NCBI GenBank assembly: GCA_965112735.1
Contig: OZ218953.1
Coordinates: forward strand, 5,146,001 to 5,210,000
Length of the DNA: 64,000 nucleotides
DNA from: Phaeosaccion multiseriatum
Taxonomy: Eukaryota; Protista; Ochrophyta, other classes
Direction: 5' to 3'
Positions 12,001-24,000 of the stretch are shown in pieces (position 1 is the stretch's first letter; each line of letters begins with the position of its first letter). Made by a program: the position numbers and the translations under genes. The notes beneath the pieces were generated by a model. That model saw only the letters and a list, made by a program, of their open reading frames with translations. It did no database searches and was not told where the DNA came from.

Positions 12001-15000
12001 CACTCTCGAGACGACCTCTCGGGTCACTTTAGACTCCGCCTGGGGCATGAAGTAACGGACAAGATTGCGGTGGGTGCCTCAAACGGTCGCGTGGCGGAGG
12101 CCTTGCACAAGCTCTCTGGTGTGGGCAAGGTGATCCTCGCCACCCCTCTCAAGGCGGTGGGGGCTGTGCCCATCGGCTCGGTTGTGGCGGTCAACGGCTC
12201 GTCGCAGGTGTCCGCCGCCGGAGACCTCTCCAAGAGCGTTTCACCCGGCGATGTGTGGATCTTCAGCGAGGAGGCAAGCACGCCTGCCTACTACTCGGTT
12301 TCCGATTTGGTGTATGACAACAGCACCAACAGCTCGACGCTCGTGACGCTAAATCGCACGGTGCTGTTGGACGGCAACTATTCGGCGGAGGTAGGGGAGG
12401 TGGCGATGGCAACCAAAGCTCTACCCGGCTCTCTGTTCATGGAGAGCCCGGTGAGTCTGATGTACAGCTTTCCTGCCAGCGAGGACGAGGCCGCCTCCAT
12501 TCAGCTCAGCTCGGGCGGGGTGAGTGCCCTCAACCTGACCCTCAACAGCTCTATTACCCTCGAGGGAGCGGTCTATACCGTGATGGACTACGCCTCCGAT
12601 ACCGTGACGCTCGACAGAGACTACGAAGGAACTGCGGTGAGCAACGGAGACGTTAGCATCAAGGTGTACCTACCTGAGATGACCGCATACTACACGCAAG
12701 ACCTGTCGGCCTGGATCAGCGCGGGGGACACGCTTTGGGTGGAGAATGGATCCGGCGATGTGGACGAAGTAACGGTTGTGAGCATGGGTGCAGACAGCGG
12801 GTGGAACACCAGCTCTCTCGTGCTCTCCGGTGTCTTTACGAGCGACTACCCCTCCGGCACGACGGCCTTTGTGTCCAGCAACGGTTACACGTACCACCTT
12901 GTCTTCAAGGAGGCCATGAGCGCCGACCTGACTGGACTACAGGTGGAAGTGGAAGACGACTTCCTGGGCAGTGGCGCGAGGGTAGAGGTCCGTCGCCCGG
13001 CTGGTGTGGCGGCTCGCACCGTCTCGCTGGGCTCTCCCCCGGAGGTTCAGACAGTCGCGCTGAGAGCGAGTAAGATATACTGGGCGAACGTCAACGCGGC
13101 CAACAACAAGACATGGACTCTGTCTGTGTGGGGTGAGGAGACGGAGGAGTTGGTGTGGGGTGCGTCTGCCGAGACGGTGCAGATGGCACTGGAAGGCCTC
13201 TCTGCGGTGGAGCATGTCGAGGTGGAGCGCAGTGGAGACGGAGAGAGCGCGGAGTTTTTCTACGGTTACATTTACACGCTTCACTTCTGGGGAGTGTACG
13301 CCAGTGCAAACCTCCCCGAGTTGGTGGTACAGGAACAAATGGCAGGCACGGTGGCCGTTGTGGACACCGTGCGAGAGGGTTCGGCAGCCGGCAACACTGA
13401 CCACCTCTCCTCACTCAAGCAAGACACATCCTACGCCCTGCGTCTGCGTGTAAAGAATGGCCTCGCCTCGGACATTGTAACCGCCTCTACGGCCGCCGTC
13501 GGAGTCGTACCTTCCGCTCCCACCGCCCTCGAGCTGGGAGCGTGCCACTACGGGGAGGATGAGGTGGCGGTCGAGTGGCAGCCGCCCTTCTCCGACGGTG
13601 GACAGCAAGTGGATGCGTACCGGCTGGAGTGGGACTCCTCGCCACTCTTCTCCGATGCCTCGGCTGACTACGGCACTGACTACTTGGGCGTGGTGCATGA
13701 GGTACAGGAGGTGGTGGTCAACTTCCGGAGCGGCGACTCTGTGACCACCCGGGCAGGCACGTGGACACTCAGCTGGGGCGGCATGCAAACCGCTCAACTC
13801 GCCTGGGACATTTCGGCGGAAGGGCTTGAGTACGCCATTCATGGTATCTCTGGCGCAGTGGACATTGGACACAATCCCGTCGCGGTGACTCGTGTTCCAT
13901 ACCGTAACGGTTACAAGTTTACTGTGCGCTTCATGGCCTGGCGCGGCAACCTCGCCCTTATGGAGCCCGACTTTACGCTGTTGTTTGGCGACGACCCGAG
14001 TGTGACTGTAGTGGAGGCCGTGGCGGGGCAGGCGGACATCCACCCTGGGGACTTTACTTTGGAGGTACAGAGTGTGAGCATCGAGGCCAACAGTAAGGTG
14101 AATGGGTCCTTCACGCTCTCCTTCGAGGGCCGTGAGACCGAGCTCATTGCTCACGACGAGGGCGCGGAGAGCTTCAAGTCCAAGCTGGAGGCGCTGTCTT
14201 CAATCCACTGCGGCGATGTGGAACGGGTGCTACTGGATGAGGACCTGGAAACCTACGCCTGGAGAGTGTCGTTGGCCTGGCTCAAGGATGAGCTTGTGCC
14301 GGGGGCGGGTCGGCTTGGTCTGTTGGTGGTGGAGAACGAGAGTGGATTGAGTGGCAACAGCGTGGCCGTTCGGGTGAGCGAGATGATCGAGGGCACCAAC
14401 CCCTTGACTTACTCCATCACCGGACTCACAGCTGGCGAGACGTACTACGCACGGGTGGTGGCCCACAACAGTCGCGGCTTCGGTGAATACGGTTACACCA
14501 CTTCTGGCGTCCCACGAGCACAGAGTGAGGCCCCGCAAAACGCCACCCTCGCCATTGCCTCAGGTAGCAGCTTGCTTGCCACGTGGTCGCCGCCGGCCTC
14601 CGACGGCGGATCGGCGGTTACAGGTTACCGAGTCGAGGTGTCTACCGCTGCTGGAGTGAGTGAGGTACAAATGATCACCACGTCAGCCAAGAAGGGTGTG
14701 AGTGAGGTGCAGAGGCTGTCTGTGCGAGCCGACGACAACAACTTGGGCGGGTACTTTACCATCGCATTGGAAGGCTACACCACGGGCAACATTGCCTGGA
14801 ATGCCGGGGCGACGGGCACGGACTCCGTGAAAGAGAAGCTCGAGCGCCTGCCCGCCATTGGAGAAGTTGACGTGGAGCAAGACTACAGCAGGAGGGCAGT
14901 GTCAGGACTGTTGGTGGATGTCATGGAGGGTGCGAACAATGCCACTGCGAGCAACGCCTCCACGGTCCTGCCCAGTCAGGTGCTTGCCGAGAACGATATC

Positions 15001-18000
15001 ATTTTTGTGGCTGGCTACCGAGCCCGCGTCAAGGGCTTCAGCAGCGATGGCACTACCGTTCTCTTCGGTTCCCTCTCCAACTACCTCACGGAGGACTTGT
15101 TCGACGAAGGAGACGGAGCAGAGGGCGTGATTGTGGAAAAGTGGGCCTACGGTTACGAGTACCTCATCACCTTCACCAGCTACAACGGCGACCCTCCTCT
15201 GCTGGAGCCCTCCCCCAGCGATGGTTGGGCGGGCACCAACCCCACCCTCGACGTTGCCCAGGTTTCTCGCGGCCTACAACCCATCAGCGGCACCTTCCGA
15301 GCGGCCTACGAGGGCGAGAAGACTCGCCCTTTACCGCACGACATCTCAGCTGAAGCCCTGGAGGCTGCCCTTGAGGGACTGGCCACCGTGAGTGACCTCA
15401 GCGTGACCAAGGTTGTCAACGGTTACGGTTTCAACTGGATCGTGACGTTTGTGGGCGAGCCGGGCGACGTGGAGATGCTGAGCGTGGACGGAAGCGGCCT
15501 CACGGGACCCTCTGCGTCTGTGAGTGTTTCCGTGGGACAAGTAGGCGAGCTCGCTGACGGGTACGCCGCCGTCGATGTGAGCGCCTCTACACAGGAGTAC
15601 CTGCTTAGCGATCTCATCCTCGGCACCCCATACTGGGTGCAAATTCGCGCCATGAATGCTGAGGGCCTCAGTCCGGCAGTGATGACAGCCCCGGCCAAGC
15701 TGGCCCCCATGCAGGCGCCCGGGGCTCCGGAGGACGTCGAGCTCATTGTCATGTCAGATTCGATGCTCAAGGCTGTGTGGGAAGCCCCCACCACTGACGG
15801 AGGACAGGCAGTGACCCAGTACCGAGTAGAGTGGGACGTCTCTGCCGACTTTGCCAACATTGCCACGTCTGGGTTCTACCACGAGATGCGGGTGCCATCT
15901 TCCGACGTGGATGGAACTGCCACCACGGGTCCTTTCTACTACAACATTGTACTACCTGCGAGCAGCTCGAGGTTCGCCCGTTACGTGCGCGTCAAGGCGA
16001 GCAACAGTTACAAGTGGAGCGACTATGCCTACTCCGTTCCTGCCAGCGCTAGCCCGACTCGACGCCCTCCGGGTGTCGTGCAGAACCCCATGCTGACGGT
16101 AACGAGTGGTGTGGGTCTTCTCGTCGAGTGGGAGGCGCCGTCCACCGAGCTGACGGTGTACGGCGGGGACGGAGGCAGCAGCCTAGAGGAGTACCTGGTC
16201 GAGTGGGATACTTCGGCAAAGTTCGACAGCCCAGCCCGCAGAGCCGTGGTGCCGCAGAGCCAATTGAGCCACCTCATCGGCGGTAGGGACCTTATGACTG
16301 GGGAGGAGAGCACCGAGCTGGAGCCGGGGGTGACGTACTACACTCGGGTGAGTGCGTACAACTCGCTCGGGTACAGCGCCACGGCAGCCACGGAGCCCCT
16401 CTCGGCCACCACGGAAGATCAGATTCCGACGGCGGCAGCGATGCTGGGCGCCTCGACGGTGGGAGCGCAGAGTGTGATGGGCATGTTTGACACGCCCTCA
16501 AGGGACGGAGGAGAGACACTGACCAAGTACAGGCTAGAGTGGGACACGGATGAAGACTTTGCTCACATCAACGGCACGAGTCGCTCAGGGGGGTGGGCCG
16601 ACGTGCCACTGGTGCAGGAGGTGGCGAGTTTTGCCCTGTCGAGCACGGTGCAGCAGGAGGAGCAGTGGGTGATTGCAAGTGTGGAGGTGACCAACGAGAA
16701 GCAAACGGTACGCACGCAGGTGACGGGGGTGGACGAGGTGCAGCTTATCGTCACCTCGGCAGATGCCGTTCAGCCCAACGTTCAGACCATCACCACCTAC
16801 GCCAGCGATTTCGACGAGGTGCAAGAGATTGTGCTTGATGCGGACGATGTGGACGAGTGGCAGTACGTCTACTCGGAAACCGAAGAGGTGTATGAGGTGC
16901 AGGTGTTGACGGTTTCAGCCACCCGCGTCAACGAGGTGCAGCAGCTTACGGTGACCTTGACGGGCAACACGACGGACGGAGGGCAGGATCTCATCGATGC
17001 CGCCAACGCTTACGTAACGGTTGAGTTTGAGCTCGATAGCACCAACATGGACTGGGCGTGCGTCAAAACCACGGAAACCTCGGATGCGGTGGAGGCCTTC
17101 AACGACACTGACGGGTCTTACCTCCGTACGGCGCTCGAATCCCTCAGCAACTTGGACAATGTAACGGTCGAAACCGCCGGGTGGGCGCTGGTGACCAATG
17201 ACGGCTCCACAGGAGAGGTGGAGATGGTGTATAACATTACCTTCGATGGCGACTGCACGAGAGGCAATGTACCCACCGGGGACTTCGTGGTGGACACGTG
17301 TTCCACAGCCACGGACCCCTCCGGGAAGCTGGCTTCTGTGGGGTGCGCTCTCAGTGTCATCACGGAGGGCAACGAGCCGTCGGGCTCCTTCTATCTCACC
17401 TACCACTGCGAGGCGACTCGCTACGAGGGGGTGGGCAACATGACTGCCTCGAGCGATGTGCTGTCTCTTCTCAACAGCACCGCCACACCGATGGTTGGCG
17501 ACACGATGCGCGTGAATGACTTGGGCCTGAGTGAGCTCAACACGGATTGGAGCTACTTCCTCGTGGAGAGCGTGGAGGCCATTTCTTCCACAGACTTTGA
17601 TGTGACTGTGGACAGCGCATGGACGGGCAGCGACGGAGCCTTCCTTGTGCAGTTTGGTGACTTCTACTCCGACCCTTCCAGCTCCTACGGCGTGTCTTCC
17701 TCCTGCCTCACAGCGGATCCGGACTTCACCAACAACCCTCTTGACTACAAAGCAACCGCGGCGGAGCTGGAGGAGGAGCTACAAGGTCTGGCGCAGCTCA
17801 ACAGCACGGCAGGCTGTCTCGGCGTGGTGAGGGACGACATCCCTGCAGGCACGCTCATTGACTTTGGCGGGGCATCGGGTGCAGTGGAGGTGATTGGTTA
17901 CACCTACAACCTGACCTTCTACTGCAGCAACGGGAATGTGCCGACGATGGCATGCAACGCCTCGGGTACGAGTCCTCTCACCGCCACCAACGCCGACATG

Positions 18001-21000
18001 GACGCGCTCACCGCCCCCGAGGGGAAGCAGTGCCAGATTACGCAAGAGCTAGACGGCGCTATCCTCAATGGGACGTTCGAGCTCGGTATGACCTGGCCTA
18101 TTAAACAGGAGGGCACTCCGGAGCTGCTCAACTACACCACAGGGGACATGGACTGGCGTGTGTCGGCAGCGGACCTTGCTACTGCGATGGAGAACGTGAA
18201 GGACGAGGATGGCAACCGAGTGTTTGGCTCGGTCAGCGTGGATCGCTCTGTCTATTGGCCCAACGGCGACTACAAGTGGTCAGGGCAGTACGTGTGGAGC
18301 GTCACCTTCGACTCCCGACCGGGAGATGTACCAGAGATGCTTGTCAATAGCTCTCTCTCCAACAACCGCGGCGGGGCCACCAATGTAACTGTCCGCACCG
18401 ATCGGCAAGGCAATGAGATTGACGGAGGATTTGGACTTACCTTCTGCGACACGAACGATGTGTGCACGTCGACAAACTCGAGCTACTTTGGTGCCTATCT
18501 GAGTGAAGACGAGATGCGGTTCGAGATGAGCAGAGCCTTCTTCTCGATGGGCTCGGGCTGGGCCAATGTAACCGACGGAGCCGCGAACATCACCCTCACC
18601 TACAACACTACAGACAACGCCACCACGACGATCGATGCTCCTGTGGAGGTGACGTACTGGATGCTCCTCGACGGCAACTACTACCTGGTCGACGGTGTCA
18701 ACGGTACACAGGCCACGCTCGACTCGGATGTGAATGTGGATGCAGACGGGCTCTACGATATTGAGTACGGCATTACCGCGGTTTCCGTGTCGAGAGCCGG
18801 CCCCACCCAGGCCATGGGCTACACATGGGAGATTACGTTCAACAACAAGACGGTGGGAGGGGATCAATCCACCTTAACTTCCGAGTCGCAGAGCTTGACA
18901 GGGACGGGCGTCGACCTCAACATCGACGAGATCCAGCAGGGCAACCAGATAACGGGCACCTTTACTCTCGCTTACAACGGCGAGACGACCGTCGAGATCC
19001 CTTACGACGCTGACGCAGCTGCAGTGGAGAGCGCGCTCAATAGTTTGTCGAGCATCTACCCTTCGCAGGTTGAAGTAACCAGGAGCGCGGAGGCGACGGT
19101 GGACACGCAGCAGCAGGTGCTGGGCTACACATGGACGGTTACTTTCGATTCGGCCACCTGGCACGACCCCACTGACCATGACAGTAGCGAGAGCTACATT
19201 GACGGTAACTGGAATGGAGCAGCGGTGGACTGGGAGTCGACATGGGAGACCACGGGAGAGGGCCGCTTCAGCAGGGCCTGGGGACGCAACGTGGGCAAGC
19301 TCTTGGCCATGGAGTGTTCTTCGGACGGGCTGGGAACCACACGATTGGACGGGTCAGAAGATTGTGCGGTGGCCATTGTGGAAGAGGGAAGTAACCCGTT
19401 GGGCGGCTCCTTCACTATAAGCCTGGACACCAGAGGGCATGCGGTCATGTCTGCTGACGCCCTCTGCACCACAGGGGACATTGCCCATAATGCGTGGGCC
19501 TCGGCGGCCGAATCGGATGGGGATGGTACCTCCCTGGAGGAGATATTGGAGGCAACGGACTGCGTGGGCGACGTGGAGGTGTCGCGTTACGACGTTAACT
19601 TGGGAGGCAACAACGGGGGTTACGCTTGGTTGGTCACGTTTGTGCGCGATGCGGACAGCCCGTGTCAACAGTACGATGACGACACAGGGGAGTGCAATGC
19701 GCCCGGAGATGTGCCCAAGTTCAACTCCAACCTTACGGATACTTCGGACCTCCTGGGCACCAGCATGCGCAACGCCGACTCGACGACCGATCAGGGTGTG
19801 GTGACACTCCTCGATGTGAGTGATGGCAACGTGTCTGCCCCTGGTGTGGCGTCTGTGCACGTGATGCGCGTGTATGATTTGGCCTACGCTGCTTCGGACC
19901 GCTTCGACAATGAGCCCAAGTTCCTGCTTGAGCTGGGCGGCAACGTCAGCACCACTTGCTTGCCTTGGAACGTTAGTGCTACAGATCTGGCAACGGCTTT
20001 GGAGGAGGCGTCGCCCGAGTACGCCGCTGGAGTGGTGGTGACGCGAAGCATCCCTCCTGACGACGAGATCTGGGGCCTGCCTTCCACGTCGGCGCCCAAC
20101 GGGTACTCGTGGACCATTCACTACGTGGGCTACGAAGGACCAGTCCCGGAACTTTCCTTCCAGGCCAGGGACACAGGCTGTACCACCAACGGCACCGCCG
20201 CGGACTTTGTTGACTTCCAGCGAGTCGACGCGGTGGTCAAGGTGAACGGCACTTCCTCTCCTTTGACCTGCGACAGCGAGGGTTGCGTGGACGGGGTGGT
20301 GCTACGCGGAAACTTTACAGCGTGGTACATTGATGGCGACGACGACACTGGGGCAGGTTGCAACAACACGTACATCTTGCCTTGGAACGCAGAGACGAGC
20401 GAGGTGGAGGCGTCCATTGAGGCGTGCGGCAACAACTCTCGGCAAGTCGATGTGTCTCGCACTGTTCTGGACAAGTACGGCTCGGTGGAGTGGGTGGTGA
20501 CGTTTACCCAGAACCCTGGCGAGACCCCCCCGGGTGCCGGAGATGTAGATACCATGACCGTCGAGCAAAATCTGGCGGGTGTGGGCGGCTACGCTTCGCA
20601 GCCAACCGTTACAGAAACTCTCAAGGGCTCCACCTCCCTCAGTGGTACGTACAACCTTGACTACGACTCTACAGATGGCGACCGCCAGCTCAGCTTTGAA
20701 GAGTCCGCCGAACGTATAATGCGTAAGCTTGAGGAGATGAGCACGGTCTCCGAGGTGCACGTGGAGAGAGAGGAGTACCCCAGCAACTCCACCGGTGGGT
20801 GGGGAGCGATGGCAGTGGACGCGGGCACTCAGGGCGGTTACGTGTGGAAGGTGCGCTTCCTCAGTGTACCTGGGACGTACGGAGGCGAGACCTTCCCCGC
20901 CGGATCGGGAGACGTTGATGCACTCGTACCGGACAGCAGTCTGGCAGGAACGGGTGCGGCGGTGGTGGTAGAGACGGTGACGGAGGGTAGCGACGAGATG

Positions 21001-24000
21001 TCAGGCAAATTCTCACTCTCTTTGGACGGACAGACCACAGAGCTCATCAGTTACACGGCCGATGCGACTGCAGTGGAGGCGGTGTTGGAGGACCTGAGCA
21101 ATGTTGGTGCCGTGAGTGTTGACTTTGATTACTACACCGCCGAGCGCATCCCTGGAGTGTCTGTCTATGTCGGGCGAGACGCCTCAGGGGCCACGCTGGA
21201 GGTGAGCGGTACAGACAGGAAGCTGCGCAATTACCTCGCTGCGGGCACCCTGCTTCGACTTGGAGGGCAGGACGTTGAGTCGTCAGGCAGTCTGAGCGGG
21301 ACCAACGGAGAGACACTACTCGACGAGCCAGGAGGCGTGGGGCACATGGTGGACGTGGTGAGCGGGTCTCCCCTCGTGACCACGGACACCGAGCTGAGCG
21401 ATAGCGTGGTTGCCGGCATGGAGGTTCGCCTGGCCGGCGATGTGTACTCGGTTCGTCGCACAGGGGTGGAGGTGCAGAAGCTGACGCTGCTCTCGGGGAG
21501 TGGGGGCGGGCAATACAAGCTCGCCTTCACGCACAACGGCTTGCTCAACGCCACCACTGAGTGTCTGGACTTTGATGCGAGCGCAGCGGTGCTGGATGCG
21601 GCGCTCGAGGCCTTGACCAACATCGGCACCGACCAAGTGGTGGTGACGCGGACGGGAGCCGACACCAAGGGTCGACCGTACACGCACAGCATCTACTTTG
21701 AGGGCAGTGACGTGCATGGAGATGTCAATGAGCTGGTGGCTACGCCTTGCTCGGGCAGTGAGGACGTGGAGCTGAGCGTGCAGACGGTGGTGCAAGGCGG
21801 GGGCGTGGAGGTGCAGCGTTTAACCCTCGCCACCGACGCGGGCTACATTGTGGGGGAGCACTTTACGCTGAGCCTAGGGGGAGGAGCAGGCGGTGCCAAC
21901 TACACCAACGACACGACGGGATGCTTGGAGTGGGGCATGGAGGCGACTGATCTGGCCGCGCAGCTGTCTGCCCTTCCCAGCTTGAGCCAGTGGGAGGTGG
22001 AGTCTCTGTCTCTCAACCTGACAGAGCTCTATCTGTCGCCCTCCGCCACCGTGCCGCTCTCCAATGGCACTTTCGTCCAAGGCCGTCTCTCTGCCGGAGA
22101 CGTTATCACTGTGCAGGGCAGTAAGAAGGAGGGAGCCACTTACACGGTCGATGAAGTGGACGAGGACGGTGCCTTCATCGTCCTCACCGAGACACTCTTC
22201 GCCTCTGCGTCAGCCAGTGGAGAGGCCAAGGTCACACTACAGCTATTGGATGCAGTCCAAGTGCAGAGAGAGGGGACGGGCAAGTCCGTGGTGGAGGTGC
22301 AAACCCTCTCCGTCACTGCGTCTAGTGCCATCTCGCCCCTCTCGGACCAGGACCAGGACGGGCTCTTCCGTCTGAGCTGGACGCACGACTCGGAAAGCTT
22401 GCTCACCGAGTGCCTACCCTACGGCGCGTCTGCCGCCACGGTGCAAGCGGCTCTAAACGGCTTCCTACTGGACCTCAACAACGACGGATTGGTGGACGAG
22501 GAGGATCAAGACCACATCATTGTGACCCGTGAAGGGGACGCCTCTGCTGAGTACGGTTACGGCTATGAGTACACCTTCACCTTCAAGGGTGTAGCGGGTA
22601 TCTCGTCAGTGGTTGGTGACGTCAATGAGCTACAAGTGGTCGATGTTGGTGCGGCGAACGGCTGCTCTGACATCGGTGGCATGGAGACGGAGATTAGCGG
22701 GCTGACGGCGGTTACGAGCGACCTATCCAGCACAATTGTCCCATCCTCCGACGCCAGCTCCATCCTCGTGCCCGGCGATCGAATCCGGATCAGCACCAGC
22801 GAGGACCCGTTCCGCGTGTACACCGTGGAGAGAACGGTCGGTAGCGAGGCGGTGTACCTCACGGAGCTTTTCCAGAAGAACATGACGGACACGGATTCGA
22901 ATGCTACCATCACTCTGGTGGCGGACGGGCTTCCGGCCTTTTCTATGCTCACCTCTGCGAATGGGCAGGCAGCCTTCACCTACGACATTATGTTTGTGCA
23001 TCCTTGGCTCGCCGGGGTGGACGAGCTGGTGGTGGGTAACGAAGGGGAGGGAGAGTGCCAGAGCGGAGACCACACCGACTCCGACGCCGACGAGTGGACG
23101 TTCTACGCGGGTATGCGCAGAGACGTAAAGGTGGCGACGCTGAGCGAAGGCGGCTCCGATGCGATCCTCTCGCTCATGCTGGAGAGTTCGGTGGAAGCGG
23201 GTGGAGTGCCGGCGGACGCGTCCTTCCGCCTCTTCGTTGCCTACGATGGGGCCTACCAGCGACTGCTTTGTGGGGACTGGAACACGTCGGCAGAGGACTT
23301 GGAGATGGCCTTTGAGAGCGTGCTGGGGGTGGAGCCTTCGTCCGGTCAGGTGATGGTGGAGGTGGAGGGCTACGGCAATGTGTCTTCCAACTACGGCAAC
23401 ACACTGCGTGCCACGCTCAGCGGTGACCTCTTGGCTGGAGACGTAGACGTGCAGCTTCTTCGCTCCCGCTACAATGCGGACGGTGACATTGTCACCGATA
23501 TGCCCGTCATCTTCTCCGGTCTGGGAGAGGGTGATGACGTGTCGTTCACAGCCAACATGAGCGCTAATGCCTCTGCCACTGTCAGTGATGCCGTCATTGT
23601 TGCTTCCTACGCGGAGGCAGACAGCGGCAGCGGCAATTCAACGGTGCTACACTACAGCATCAATGCTACCATGTGGGCCATCTCCGACGGCAGCGCCACG
23701 GAGGTGAACCTTTCCGGAAACTTTACGAACACGGATACACCCTTCAACGTGTCTCTGACGGCCGACTTGGGCGTGGAAGTGGTGGTGACGTTCAACGACG
23801 CCGATGGGCTGGTCATTGGGGACGAGTACACACTCCTGCTCTCTTCTTGTGGACTGACCGACCCCATCCCGTACGGAGCGAGTGTCAGCCTCGACCTGGT
23901 GGCGGGGAGCGCGCAGCAGAAGCAGCTGACTTTGGACCGCCCCTACGAAGGCAGTGAATCTACCTCTCAAGAGGCCTACCTGGTGCCACAAACGTTCCGA

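Noticed and set aside
16610-16960. Regularly spaced ~39-nt units as a CRISPR-like or DNA-level repeat array
   Set aside because: The periodicity is at protein level (EVQ strands). There are no identical nucleotide direct repeats with spacers and no cas genes.
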